From Leptospiraceae bacterium (lineage in GTDB: Bacteria; Spirochaetota; Leptospiria; Leptospirales; Leptonemataceae): a stretch of DNA of 64,000 nt. Below the pieces are notes generated by a model that saw nothing but the letters and a program-made list of their open reading frames with translations, did not search any database and was not told the origin of the DNA. Of this stretch, positions 54,551-64,000 are shown piece by piece. The number at the start of each line of letters is the position of its first letter. Position 1 is the stretch's first letter. A program made the translations under genes and the position numbers. The stretch spans positions 416,001 through 480,000 of the forward strand of contig JAVJNR010000004.1 in NCBI GenBank assembly GCA_040217195.1. Reading direction: 5' to 3'.

Positions 54551-55528
54551 CTAACTTCTGGATGCGATGGCAGCACCCAGGGGTCCTGCCAGATCTCCCA
54601 GTACGGCAAGTTGAAGCCTGGGCGCCGGTCCCATACAAAGAGATTCCAGTTTATTTCGCACCACAGGTAATAGATATTCACCCATGGCTTCCATGATACC
54701 ACCACCAAGAACAATACAATCCGGGGCCAGAAAGTTGGCCGTCTGGGAAATCCCAACGGCCAGGTATCCGGCATAATGCTCTTCCATTAATTCAACGGTG
54801 AATCCATCGCCCTTTTCATAGGCCTTCTTCAAGCTGGAACTCTTTACAGGCTGTTTCTTTAGATTATAATTTATGATCGATTTCAATCGGGTTTTCTTTT
54901 TGGCATCCAGGGCCTTAAGAATCTGAGCATTCAAAGCCCATTTGCCGATGTAGGCTTCCAGACAACCCTGGCGACCACAGCCGCATTTGCGCCCTGCGCT
55001 TCGAACAACCATATGGCCCACTTCACCGGCGGCTCCATCCTTTCCTTCCAGTAGCTTTCCGCCCAGGGCCACTGCGCCACCAATCCCGGTTCCGCAAAAA
55101 TATGCGACGGCGCAGACAGGGTCATCATCCATGCGATTCAATTCGCCCAGCAAACCAGCATTTACATCGTTTAAGAGAATTGTGCGTTCCTTCAGTTCTT
55201 GCGGCAAGTCCATGTCACGTACTGGCTTACACTGGGACCAGCCCAGGTTAGGGGCCACGAGAACGGAACCATGATCCGATTGCACCAGCCCTGGCACTCC
55301 CAGTCCAATCCCCTCCAGTTCATAGCTTTCCTCTTCCAGCCTCTTCTTCAATTCCTGGATCTGAAGCGCTACACGGTCGATGACATGAAGATAGCCCTCC
55401 CGGGCCTCAGTATCTATTTTTGAATGAAATATGGGATTGTATTGAGCATCGAATGCTACGGAATACAGATTGCTACCGCCCAGGTCCATACCCAGATAAG
55501 CTTTCCTTTTTGCGCCGAACAGTGACAT
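54551..55528 (-). CDS. ROK-family sugar kinase (glucokinase-like)
   Basis: DLGGS, NDVN, GTGIGG and GEVGH...CGCG...CLE motifs. Confidence 0.9.
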   Translation of the reverse strand: MSLFGAKRKAYLGMDLGGSNLYSVAFDAQYNPIFHSKIDTEAREGYLHVIDRVALQIQELKKRLEEESYELEGIGLGVPGLVQSDHGSVLVAPNLGWSQCKPVRDMDLPQELKERTILLNDVNAGLLGELNRMDDDPVCAVAYFCGTGIGGAVALGGKLLEGKDGAAGEVGHMVVRSAGRKCGCGRQGCLEAYIGKWALNAQILKALDAKKKTRLKSIINYNLKKQPVKSSSLKKAYEKGDGFTVELMEEHYAGYLAVGISQTANFLAPDCIVLGGGIMEAMGEYLLPVVRNKLESLCMGPAPRLQLAVLGDLAGPLGAAIASRS

Positions 55529-55531
55529 GGA

Positions 55532-56131
55532 TTAGTCCAAACCAAAGAGTTCCTTTTCGATAAGGGAGCATAGGATCTGGCCAATCATGATATGGGATTC
55601 CTGGATTCGGGCCGTTTCATCGGATGGCACCACAATGGAAATATCTACAAGGTCCGAGCGATCTTTGAGAATCTTTCCTCCATCGCCACCTGTAAGCAGG
55701 ATGGTTCGTACCCCGGCCCGACGCCCCTCTTCCATGGCCAGTTCAATATTGCGAGAGTTCCCGGAAGTAGTGATTCCCACCAGGACATCCTCTGGTTTAC
55801 CGAAAGCTTCCAGCTGGCGGGCAAAAATCTGATCGTATCCATAATCGTTTCCGCAGGCAGTTATTACGCTTGGATCCACAGATAGAGAAAGAGCAGGCAG
55901 CGCCTTTCGCTCATTGCCGCCTTTATATCGAACCACCAGTTCAGCAGCAATGTGCTGTGCATCTCCAGCGGAACCGCCATTTCCACAAAACATTGCCTTT
56001 CTGCCTTTTTGTAATGACCGGGAAAGCATTCGGCCGGCGGCTACGATTTGATCCAGCAGCTCCGAATCCTGGAGGATTTTCTGCTTGGTTTCAATGGATC
56101 GCTCAATTTGCTCTTTTACCAGGTTCTGCAC
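55532..56131 (-). CDS. gmhA: Phosphoheptose isomerase
   Basis: [22 protein letters not shown] and RIQESH motifs. Confidence 0.93.
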   Translation of the reverse strand: MQNLVKEQIERSIETKQKILQDSELLDQIVAAGRMLSRSLQKGRKAMFCGNGGSAGDAQHIAAELVVRYKGGNERKALPALSLSVDPSVITACGNDYGYDQIFARQLEAFGKPEDVLVGITTSGNSRNIELAMEEGRRAGVRTILLTGGDGGKILKDRSDLVDISIVVPSDETARIQESHIMIGQILCSLIEKELFGLD

Positions 56132-56235
56132 AATTCCAATTAGAGGTCTACGGTTTACCGGTCAAAGCCTTTCGGTACGGATCTACATTACAAATTGTGA
56201 AGTGCTGACCGGCCTGGTTTTCCGAAGTTTAGAGT

Positions 56236-56814
56236 ATGGACCGGCAAGAAGAGCTCGTATATGTTATTGATTTTATACTGAATCGAGCCGATCCCGAAGC
56301 GTTAGAAGCGGTAAGATTGGCCCTGGAACGCAAAGGAGCAGCTCAATCCCCTCGATTTACCGGTCCTCTGGGCGGTACCGGAATGACCTCGGATCAAGGG
56401 GACGTGATGGATATTCAAAGGATTGCCAAGAAGTATGCCGAGGAACTCCAATCCTCCATTGACATAGATGTTCCGGGAATGTCTCGCCGACTGGTGCGAA
56501 ATATGATCAAAACCCATGAACCCAGCATACCGCCCGAACACCTGGATGCCCTGGTAGAACATTTTGTGCCGGATCCCAATCGACCGGCACCGGGCAGTCA
56601 GATCCCCCACGATGTGCTGGTTTCCATGCTTCGCCAGTTTGTGGATTATTCCATTGGCCGTATGAAGGATCGAGAGTTAAAGGAGTTGAAAGCCGCATCT
56701 CCGGACTGGGTCGAAAGATACTGGAATGCTTTTCCGGACCCGGTCCGAAAAACCGTTTCGGATCTGATCCGCGGCAATATTGGAGAAAAGGAATTCTGGC
56801 AGAAAATCAATTGA
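56236..56814 (+). CDS. Hypothetical helical protein
   Basis: 192-aa ORF of natural composition, divergent from gmhA. Confidence 0.7.
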   Translation: MDRQEELVYVIDFILNRADPEALEAVRLALERKGAAQSPRFTGPLGGTGMTSDQGDVMDIQRIAKKYAEELQSSIDIDVPGMSRRLVRNMIKTHEPSIPPEHLDALVEHFVPDPNRPAPGSQIPHDVLVSMLRQFVDYSIGRMKDRELKELKAASPDWVERYWNAFPDPVRKTVSDLIRGNIGEKEFWQKIN

Positions 56815-56847
56815 ATTGAGAGGGCCTCTGATCTGTTCTGCTAGTCT

Positions 56848-58125
56848 GTGCATCTAGATCCCTTCCTACCGGTACGTCCAAGGGCAGACGCGAATATGCG
56901 TCAGAACTTTGAGGCTCTGTGCGAAATCTGTGGCCCTGGCCTTCCCGGCCGCGGCAAACTACTACATTCCATAAGTTATTACCCTCGATTACTGGAAGGG
57001 GCTTATGTGGCCGGATACGAAAATATTCCTCCCATCACCGAGGAGGCTCCCATCATGTGTTTTTCCCATAAGAAGATTCATGATGTAATGGCACTGGCTC
57101 AGTACATGATTGGTCGAGAGGTGAATCAGTTTCATGACCTGACTCTGGTAGCCCAGGGAGGCCTATTCCATGGTATATTCCCCTATCAAGATCTTGTTCC
57201 TTCCATTTTTAAGAACCGGGTTTTCAAAATGCCAGCAGGCTGGGGCTCCCGATTATTGGGTCGCTATTTTCGCGGATTGTTCGAAGATTTGAATGCCTAC
57301 CCGGTGTACCGAGATGGTGCCGATTTGCCGTTGAACGAAGCAGAATACAAGCATCCGAGCTTCGCAGGACCACATGTTACCGGGATGAACTTTCAGGACT
57401 TTCATAAGTATACCAGAAAGCAGACTGCCAAATCGGTACTTCAAGTGCAGCGCGATATGGTAGAAAGCAATCGGTCTTTTGTAATTTTACCGGAAGGTCG
57501 TTATTGTCATGATGGCAGAATCAGCGAATTGCTGGACCTGGCTGCCTTCGCATCCCATCGAAAATCCAGGCCCATTATATATACTACACTTTCCTACGAT
57601 GAACTCTGCCCGGATGCTATGGGCAAGATCGATGTCTTTATGTACACCGCTCCGCCGGTAGCGCCGCCAGAATCCAGAAACGATTTCAAAGCCCACATGA
57701 ATAAAGGTCGCACTCTGTTACAGAACAATACTACCATTGTTGCTTCCAGTATTCTGGCTGCCGCGACATTCAGTTTGCTGGAGCAAGGTCCAATCATTTC
57801 TCGCGAGGCTCTGAAGCAAAGATTCGAAGAATTCAGTCAGAAAGTACTGTCATCTGACTTGATTTACGATCCTAGATTAAAAGATTCAGAGTTTAGAAAG
57901 GAGAGATGCAACCGTTATATTTCTCGAAAAGCCTTTCGCTGGTTCTCTGTCCGCGGAGATGCAATGAAGGTCCGACCGAAAAGAATCCTGGCATACGATG
58001 ATGGTGAACGGACGGTCCCTGATCTTCTCTGGAACATAAACAATGCCATTCACATGGTGCCTCTGCTGGGCATGGACCCGGACCGAATCTCTCCTGATGT
58101 GTTTGAATCACTGGTCCAGGCCTGA
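56848..58125 (+). CDS. Glycerolipid acyltransferase-like protein (PlsB/PlsC superfamily)
   Basis: HKKIHD (HX4D), PVYR and LPEGR blocks in the canonical order. Confidence 0.65.
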   Translation: MHLDPFLPVRPRADANMRQNFEALCEICGPGLPGRGKLLHSISYYPRLLEGAYVAGYENIPPITEEAPIMCFSHKKIHDVMALAQYMIGREVNQFHDLTLVAQGGLFHGIFPYQDLVPSIFKNRVFKMPAGWGSRLLGRYFRGLFEDLNAYPVYRDGADLPLNEAEYKHPSFAGPHVTGMNFQDFHKYTRKQTAKSVLQVQRDMVESNRSFVILPEGRYCHDGRISELLDLAAFASHRKSRPIIYTTLSYDELCPDAMGKIDVFMYTAPPVAPPESRNDFKAHMNKGRTLLQNNTTIVASSILAAATFSLLEQGPIISREALKQRFEEFSQKVLSSDLIYDPRLKDSEFRKERCNRYISRKAFRWFSVRGDAMKVRPKRILAYDDGERTVPDLLWNINNAIHMVPLLGMDPDRISPDVFESLVQA

Positions 58126-58203
58126 ATTGGACCGGTGAGGTTTTTCTAGAAAGCCGCCAGGGCACGCCCCCCGCCCGGAACGACCCTTCATTGCTAAAAT
58201 TCC

Positions 58204-58232
58204 TTGCCCCCTGGGGACCTATCTGCTATCTT
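58204..58232 (+). promoter_or_regulatory. Sigma70 promoter of the DUF2892 gene
   Basis: TTGCCC-17 bp-TATCTT with an extended -10 TG. Confidence 0.55.
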
Positions 58233-58241
58233 GCTCATGGG

Positions 58242-58258
58242 ATACCCCCCTACCCTAT
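58242..58258 (+). promoter_or_regulatory. CsoR/RcnR/FrmR-family operator-like site
   Basis: ATACCCCCCTACCCTAT, just downstream of the predicted transcription start. Confidence 0.6.
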
Positions 58259-58288
58259 ACTACCAGGCGGAATCCCCGGGAGATTTTT

Positions 58289-58528
58289 ATGACTGTAGAG
58301 CGAATTGTACGCATTGTTGCCGGATTCTTTGTACTTCTATCCCTTTCACTGGGCGTAGAAGCTAGTCCGGTGTTTCACCATCCATACTGGCTGTTTTTCA
58401 CCGTCTTTGTGGGCCTGAATCTATTTCAAAGCGGTTTTACCACCCTCTGTCCTCTGGCCATTATTCTGGGAAAGATTGGTGTAAAAACCGAAGCGGCCTG
58501 CGCCAGAGAAGCCCGGGGTCAGGCCTGA
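58289..58528 (+). CDS. DUF2892 (YgaP-like) membrane protein
   Basis: ERIVRIVAG...[14 protein letters not shown]. Confidence 0.88.
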   Translation: MTVERIVRIVAGFFVLLSLSLGVEASPVFHHPYWLFFTVFVGLNLFQSGFTTLCPLAIILGKIGVKTEAACAREARGQA

Positions 58529-58584
58529 ACTGCCAGAACTGTTTCTATTAAGTTTTTTCTTCCCGGGGCGATATACGCTTCAGG

Positions 58585-59685
58585 ATGACAAACCATAACA
58601 TAAGATTACCCGAGCGCCTTATCGTGGCAGCACTGATTTTTCTGGCCGCACCCCTATTTTCGGAAGACCTGGACGATCCGAATCTTGATCCCGATCGCCG
58701 CAACGAAATCATTCAGTCCCAGGAAGATAAATGGGGATACGAAGAAGAATCGGTAAGGCTTCCGCAGAGAATCCAGGTTTCGGATATTCTTCGCAAAATG
58801 TTAAACTGCCCGACTCTCAGTTTCAACCCTCGCTATTTTCAAAAGTTGCGCCTGGGACCATTGAGCATCGAGGTTCCGGCCAATACATTCTCAGGCGAAT
58901 CAGTGGAAGTTCAGGCGCTGATTCTGCAGACTCCTGCGGACTATGCCCTTGCGGATATCTCCCTGGAATACAGAGAATCCGGTACGCCGGTTGTTCTGGA
59001 ATCCGATGGAATGTTTCAGCTCACTTTTCTGCAGGGCGGAAAACCAGTGGAACCCGCAAGTCCCATCACGGTAAAAATGTCCCCGCAGAGCGGAGATTCC
59101 ATGAATATGTATCGCCTGGACGGGGATTCCTGGACCGAAATGGGCTCCACTGGAATGGTCACAGACTGGCCGGAAGGATGCGATGTGCGGCGGGATGATC
59201 GAAATCCAGGTTTGATACTAGTTGAGTCACCCTACTGCGAAGGTGAGTATCCTGCTGTTAGAGTCTTTCGAGATATCACTCGCTCGGGCTGGTGGAACTT
59301 TGATAAACCGGCAGATAATATTACCTGTATTACCGGGGATTTTAACTCTCCGAATAAGAATTATACCGTTCTGTTGCGGGCTGTAGGTCTGGACTATCTG
59401 GGGCTCAGCCATGCAGTCATCAAGGGAAAACGATTTGGCATTAATGTAGCGGCGAATCAATCTGTAAAAGTGTACGCACTGGTCACAGATAAAGATAGCC
59501 GAAGCGTTTATGTGGGCAGTCTGGAGCCGGTAAAAACCCAGAATAAGACCGAGTTCATCGATGACAGGGACTTCAATGGATGCCAGGATGTAGGTAGTCT
59601 TAAACTGAAGCGATCAAGCGTAAGATTACTTACAGATAGAAAAGCATTTCTATCTGTCATAGGACTGCCCGAAGGCGGAATCTAA
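58585..59685 (+). CDS. Exported hypothetical beta-rich protein
   Basis: Signal peptide, LESDGMF and GWWNFD motifs, several Cys. Confidence 0.7.
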   Translation: MTNHNIRLPERLIVAALIFLAAPLFSEDLDDPNLDPDRRNEIIQSQEDKWGYEEESVRLPQRIQVSDILRKMLNCPTLSFNPRYFQKLRLGPLSIEVPANTFSGESVEVQALILQTPADYALADISLEYRESGTPVVLESDGMFQLTFLQGGKPVEPASPITVKMSPQSGDSMNMYRLDGDSWTEMGSTGMVTDWPEGCDVRRDDRNPGLILVESPYCEGEYPAVRVFRDITRSGWWNFDKPADNITCITGDFNSPNKNYTVLLRAVGLDYLGLSHAVIKGKRFGINVAANQSVKVYALVTDKDSRSVYVGSLEPVKTQNKTEFIDDRDFNGCQDVGSLKLKRSSVRLLTDRKAFLSVIGLPEGGI

Positions 59686-59816
59686 AACCGGACCATAGTG
59701 GCTTTGCTTTCCATCTCCGGTTCTGATTTATAGAGATCTGGACTCTGTCACCAAACAAAGCGAAACTCTGCGAAGCAGTCAGGAATCAGGATCGAAGCGA
59801 AAGAAGCTTAAACGAA

Positions 59817-60917
59817 TTATAGAATTTCATCCAGGGCAGTCAAAAGTTGATCCATTTGCTGCCGGGTTCCTACGCTGATGCGAAGATACTCCTTCACCCT
59901 GTCTGCCGAAAAGTATCTGATCAAGATTCGTCGCTTTTCCAGAGCTCCATGAATACTCAAGGCCTGCTCGGCCGATGCAGCAGGAACTCGAGCCAGTATA
60001 AAATTCGCCGATGAAGGAAGGCATTCGAATCCTCTAGCAGTCAATCCCTGAACCAGATGTTGCCGGGCTGCCTTGATCTTTCTGGCATTTTCCTTTTGCC
60101 ACTCGGTATCCAGGATGGCTGCTCTGCCGGCCACCTGCGCCGCTCTGGAAAGGTTATAGGAATCTCGAATCTTATCTATCTGCTCGACGAGCTCTGGATG
60201 TGCAGCCATCCAGCCTATGCGAAGCCCGGCCAGTGACCAGGCCTTGGAGAATGTAGAGGTGCATATTAGATTGGGGTATTCGATGCCTGCCTTTTGCATA
60301 AAGTTTGAATCCGCAAAAGGGGCATAGGCCTCATCAAGAATGACCCATCCTGGAAATGCTCGAATAAATCGATCCAGATCATCAACAGACTCTGCGATGC
60401 CGGTGGGCGCATTGGGCATGGCCATAATGGCAACTCGGGCTGGATTACCTTGCTGCGCGGACTCAAGCATTCCCTCAAAATCAATGCGAAAATCAGTGTT
60501 CAGAGGAACTGTGCGAAACTTCAGTCCAGTGGCTTCTGCAAGAATCGGGTATAAGCTGTAAGTAGGATCTGGCATTACGAAACTCTGACCCGGATCCAGA
60601 AGCCCGCGAAAAAGTAGAGCCAGGATTTCATCGGATCCATTACCTGCCAGAACTGTTCCAGCCTTTAGGTGCAGAGCTTCCTCTATAGCATGACGCAATT
60701 CATGTGATCTGGGCGAAGGATATTTTTCCAGAGATGTTCGCTCCGGATCGGCAAGATCTCTTAGAGCTTTTTGAACGTCCGGTGATGGAGGAAAGGGATT
60801 TTCATTACTATTAAGCTTTAGGATTTCCGGGTCGTTCTTCTGTAATCCAGGAACGTAACCATGCATTTGACGCACACGTTCGGGTAAGAGCTCTAACAGT
60901 TCCTGGATATTGTCCAC
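59817..60917 (-). CDS. hisC: Histidinol-phosphate aminotransferase
   Basis: LNSNENP, NGSDE, PNAPTG, DEAY and TFSKAWSLAGLRIG motifs. Confidence 0.93.
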   Translation of the reverse strand: MDNIQELLELLPERVRQMHGYVPGLQKNDPEILKLNSNENPFPPSPDVQKALRDLADPERTSLEKYPSPRSHELRHAIEEALHLKAGTVLAGNGSDEILALLFRGLLDPGQSFVMPDPTYSLYPILAEATGLKFRTVPLNTDFRIDFEGMLESAQQGNPARVAIMAMPNAPTGIAESVDDLDRFIRAFPGWVILDEAYAPFADSNFMQKAGIEYPNLICTSTFSKAWSLAGLRIGWMAAHPELVEQIDKIRDSYNLSRAAQVAGRAAILDTEWQKENARKIKAARQHLVQGLTARGFECLPSSANFILARVPAASAEQALSIHGALEKRRILIRYFSADRVKEYLRISVGTRQQMDQLLTALDEIL

Positions 60918-60988
60918 ATCTCCAACAATGGAAGAGCCTCTGTGATTTCATCTAAATTTTACCAGGCCTGGTTCAAAATTCAGTGAAT

Positions 60989-61789
60989 CTAGCCGGGCTC
61001 TATTTCCACTTCCTTTAAGTTATAGCCCGGACGACCAAAGTAAAATCCCTGCCTGAGGTCGATCCCCAGGTTTAGAATGGAATGAAATTCCGCACCGGTC
61101 TCAATTCCTTCTGCAATTACTTTTATTTTCAAACGTTCGCAGATTCGAACCAGGTTTTCTACGATAACATACTTAACCGGTTCCCGGTGGATATTTTGTA
61201 TAAAAAATCTATCAATTTTCAAGTAATCAGGCTGAATGGATGCCAGCATCTTCAAACCTGCATAGCCAGCCCCGAAGTCATCTATGGCTATCCTGTAGCC
61301 CTGATCTCTATAATGTGCGATGGTTCTTGTAAACAAATCAAAGTTCTGTATTGCCGTTTCTTCTGTAATCTCCAGAACTACCTGATCCTTGCGCATACCG
61401 GATAATTCCACCAGTTCATCCGTCAGTCCTACAGAGTGCTGAGGACTTAACAGGCTTTCCGGACATATATTGATGAACAGCCGATTCTTCCATTGCTGGG
61501 AGGCTGCTTCCTCAATAATTTGCTTTCTGCAATAAAAGTCCAGATCCATGATCCAGCTCGAGGATCTGGCCTTTTGGAATACATGTTCCGTTGAAATGGG
61601 ACTACCTTCCAGAACCCCGCTCTGGCTGTTTCGCCGGGAATACTCTACGGCTTGCGCGAAGCGCATCAGCGCTTCCACACCATGTAATTTGCCATCCGGT
61701 TCGTAAATTGGCTGAAAAGCCACTCGAGCGAAGTCAAAGCCCAGAGCGGATTGCACCAGAGAAGTAGAATGAGATTCGGCCACGGACAT
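60989..61789 (-). CDS. Stand-alone EAL-domain c-di-GMP phosphodiesterase
   Basis: FQPI, EALMR, EITE, DDFGAGY, KID, EGIE and QG motifs. Confidence 0.92.
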   Translation of the reverse strand: MSVAESHSTSLVQSALGFDFARVAFQPIYEPDGKLHGVEALMRFAQAVEYSRRNSQSGVLEGSPISTEHVFQKARSSSWIMDLDFYCRKQIIEEAASQQWKNRLFINICPESLLSPQHSVGLTDELVELSGMRKDQVVLEITEETAIQNFDLFTRTIAHYRDQGYRIAIDDFGAGYAGLKMLASIQPDYLKIDRFFIQNIHREPVKYVIVENLVRICERLKIKVIAEGIETGAEFHSILNLGIDLRQGFYFGRPGYNLKEVEIEPG

Positions 61790-61888
61790 AGGGTTAGCTA
61801 ATCCAGAGAATATTACCTTCCGTTTACAGAGCTATAACGGAAGGAAATCCGATGGATCAGCCCGGGCTCAGAACTGTAGCAGAACCGC

Positions 61889-61922
61889 CCCCTGATGCCC
61901 CTGATGCCCCTGATGCCCCTGA
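61889..61922. repeat. 9-bp tandem repeat (CCCCTGATG)3 plus a partial copy
   Basis: Read directly. Confidence 0.9.
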
Positions 61923-62061
61923 CCTGAAGAAAGTCAGAAGTTCATACCGAGCAAATCAGTTTCTTTTTGCAGAATCCACCCATGAATGCAGGGGACCAGA
62001 AACAGATGTTGAATAAATTTTAATGACTTAATTAGCCTCACCATCAAAATCCACCGTTACA

Positions 62062-64000
62062 ATGGAAGGTCAAAACAAGGAATTGCGAATTCTGGCAGTG
62101 GATGATGATCCAATTGCACTCCTTGTTTATAGAAGAGTGCTCGAAAATGTCTCAAACCTTGAGACTTTCTCCACTGCCGAAAGTGCACTTGAATCTTTCC
62201 TCCAATGCCCGGCTCAGATCCTTCTTCTGGACTGGATGCTTCCTGGAATGGATGGACTGGAACTGACCAGCAGGATTCGACAGGAGCCCGGAACCGAGGA
62301 CGTACAGATACTGATCGTTACAGGCAGGGATGAAGCGGATAGTCTGGAAAAAGCGTTACAGGCAGGAGCAAATGACTACCTGGAAAAACCGGTGGCTCCA
62401 CAACAATTACTGGTTCGCATCGAAATTGCCAGACGAAACCTTGAGTTGCGAAAAAGAAAGAATGAAAGCGATAGTAAAGGCGCTCTTATGCTGCAGGTAT
62501 TCGATAACAGTATGCATGCCATACTGATTACGGACAGAGAGAATCGGATTATCTATACCAATCGGGCTTTTTCCAGCATTACCGGCTACGAACAGGACGA
62601 GGCCCTGGGCCAGAAGCCTTCTTTTCTAAGTTCAAATTTTCACAGTGCTGCCTTCTATGAACAACTCTGGGAATCCGTAAACGAACATGGCGGTTGGCAG
62701 GGAGAAATCTGGAACAAGCGAAAAAATGGTGAGATTTATCCAGAGTGGCTGGAGATCTCCACAGTGATCAACGAAAATCGAGAGCTGACTCATTTCATTG
62801 CACACTTTTCGGACATTTCTCAGAAAAAAGAACACGAAGAACAACTTAGATTCCTGGCATCCTATGACACTCTGACCGGATTGCCTAACCGGACTCATTT
62901 TCTGGAGATCCTGGACAGGTCCCTGCAACGCTGCCGAGAAAGCCATGATCAGGGAGCCATCCTGTTTATGGACCTGGATCGCTTCCAGGTGATTAACGAT
63001 ACTCTGTCCCATGGTTCCGGGGATCTATTGTTGCGGCAGGTCAGTGATCGTTTAAGAACTCAGATTGGACCGGCAGATACTCTATCTCGTACTGGAGGCG
63101 ATGAATTCACAATTCTGCTGGAGCAATTGCACTCTGTAGAGGAGCCAATTCAGAAGGTGGAAGCTCTGATGGCAGAATTCAGCAAACCGTTTTACATTCA
63201 GGACCAGGAAATATATATCTCTGCCAGTACCGGTATTTGTGTTTTTCCCAACGATGGTGATGATTCCGCCACCCTTCTTCGAAAAGTGGATATGGCCATG
63301 TATCGAGCCAAGGAAACCGGTCGAAATACATATCACTTCTATTCCCCTGAAATTAATACCAGAGCCTTTGAGCACCTTGCACTGGAGGCCAGTCTGCGCC
63401 GGGCCATTGAACGGGATGAATTCGTTCTGCATTACCAGCCATTGATCTCCTCGGAGGATTCAGCTATTGTTGCTGCAGAAGCACTGATCCGCTGGGAACA
63501 CCCGGAACTGGGAATGGTGCCTCCCGGTCGATTTATCCCCATGGCCGAAGAAAACGGACTCATAGTTGCCATGGGTGAGATTGTGATGCAAAAGGCCTGC
63601 GAAGCGTTCAGGGAGTTACACTCCCAGGGACTGATGCTGGACTACATTTCTGTAAATGTTTCAGCCAGGCAGTTTTTTCAGGAAGGATTTCTGGAGATGA
63701 TAGATAAGACTCTTGAAAGAACAGGAATGAATGCAAGAAATCTGGAACTGGAACTTACAGAAAGCGCCTTCATACAGGATGTGGACCGTACCGTAGAACT
63801 TCTGGATCAGCTGCGAAGCAGAGGACTGCATCTGGCCATCGATGACTTTGGGACCGGCTTTTCCTCGCTTAGCTATCTGAAACGATTTCCGCTGGATACA
63901 CTTAAGATCGATCAGTCTTTCATAAGGGACATACATCAAAACAAAGACGATATGGCTATTGTGCGAGCCATCATCGCACTGGCACGGGTAATGAAACTTC
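62062..64000 (+). CDS. REC-PAS-GGDEF-EAL protein, truncated by the right edge and absent from the ORF track
   Basis: Manual translation: MEGQNKELRILAVDDD...DWMLP (REC), NRAFSSITGY (PAS), DTLTGLPNR...GGDEF, then EALIRW...DDFGTG. Confidence 0.93.
   Translation, partial: MEGQNKELRILAVDDDPIALLVYRRVLENVSNLETFSTAESALESFLQCPAQILLLDWMLPGMDGLELTSRIRQEPGTEDVQILIVTGRDEADSLEKALQAGANDYLEKPVAPQQLLVRIEIARRNLELRKRKNESDSKGALMLQVFDNSMHAILITDRENRIIYTNRAFSSITGYEQDEALGQKPSFLSSNFHSAAFYEQLWESVNEHGGWQGEIWNKRKNGEIYPEWLEISTVINENRELTHFIAHFSDISQKKEHEEQLRFLASYDTLTGLPNRTHFLEILDRSLQRCRESHDQGAILFMDLDRFQVINDTLSHGSGDLLLRQVSDRLRTQIGPADTLSRTGGDEFTILLEQLHSVEEPIQKVEALMAEFSKPFYIQDQEIYISASTGICVFPNDGDDSATLLRKVDMAMYRAKETGRNTYHFYSPEINTRAFEHLALEASLRRAIERDEFVLHYQPLISSEDSAIVAAEALIRWEHPELGMVPPGRFIPMAEENGLIVAMGEIVMQKACEAFRELHSQGLMLDYISVNVSARQFFQEGFLEMIDKTLERTGMNARNLELELTESAFIQDVDRTVELLDQLRSRGLHLAIDDFGTGFSSLSYLKRFPLDTLKIDQSFIRDIHQNKDDMAIVRAIIALARVMKL

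Noticed and set aside
61790..62061. c-di-GMP riboswitch
   Set aside because: No GCAAA...GAAA...GACGCAAA core is visible.

Overview
Chromosomal segment (about 50% GC) from a Leptospiraceae/Leptospirales spirochaete, judged from 16S signature strings, spirochaetal lipoboxes and a Leptospira-type 8-Cys protein. It holds a linked 16S-23S rRNA unit on the minus strand with no spacer tRNA and no adjacent 5S gene. It also carries housekeeping genes (gmd, bioB, trmH, glycerate kinase, gltA, glnA, thiG-mgtE-thiH, gmhA, hisC), transporters (APC permease, DHA2 MFS, two RND pumps, TolC), c-di-GMP proteins (PilZ, EAL, REC-PAS-GGDEF-EAL running off the right edge), a two-component pair and several envelope proteins. 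I found no mobile element, CRISPR array or tRNA. The best candidate for a new system is a secreted His-rich leader protein ending in RIPPPRC, directly upstream of a heavy-metal RND operon that has no adaptor gene. Its last four sense codons form a 12-bp helix with the pump's Shine-Dalgarno, the layout of an arrest-peptide translational attenuator. Other leads: three tandem small disulfide lipoproteins, a stand-alone ParB-like domain with an amphipathic tail, a divergent pair of OmpA-domain paralogues, two CsoR-family operator-like sites, a sigma54 promoter at glnA, and a DUF805 gene with a codon-4 amber stop. All family calls come from motif recognition by eye; no searches were run.
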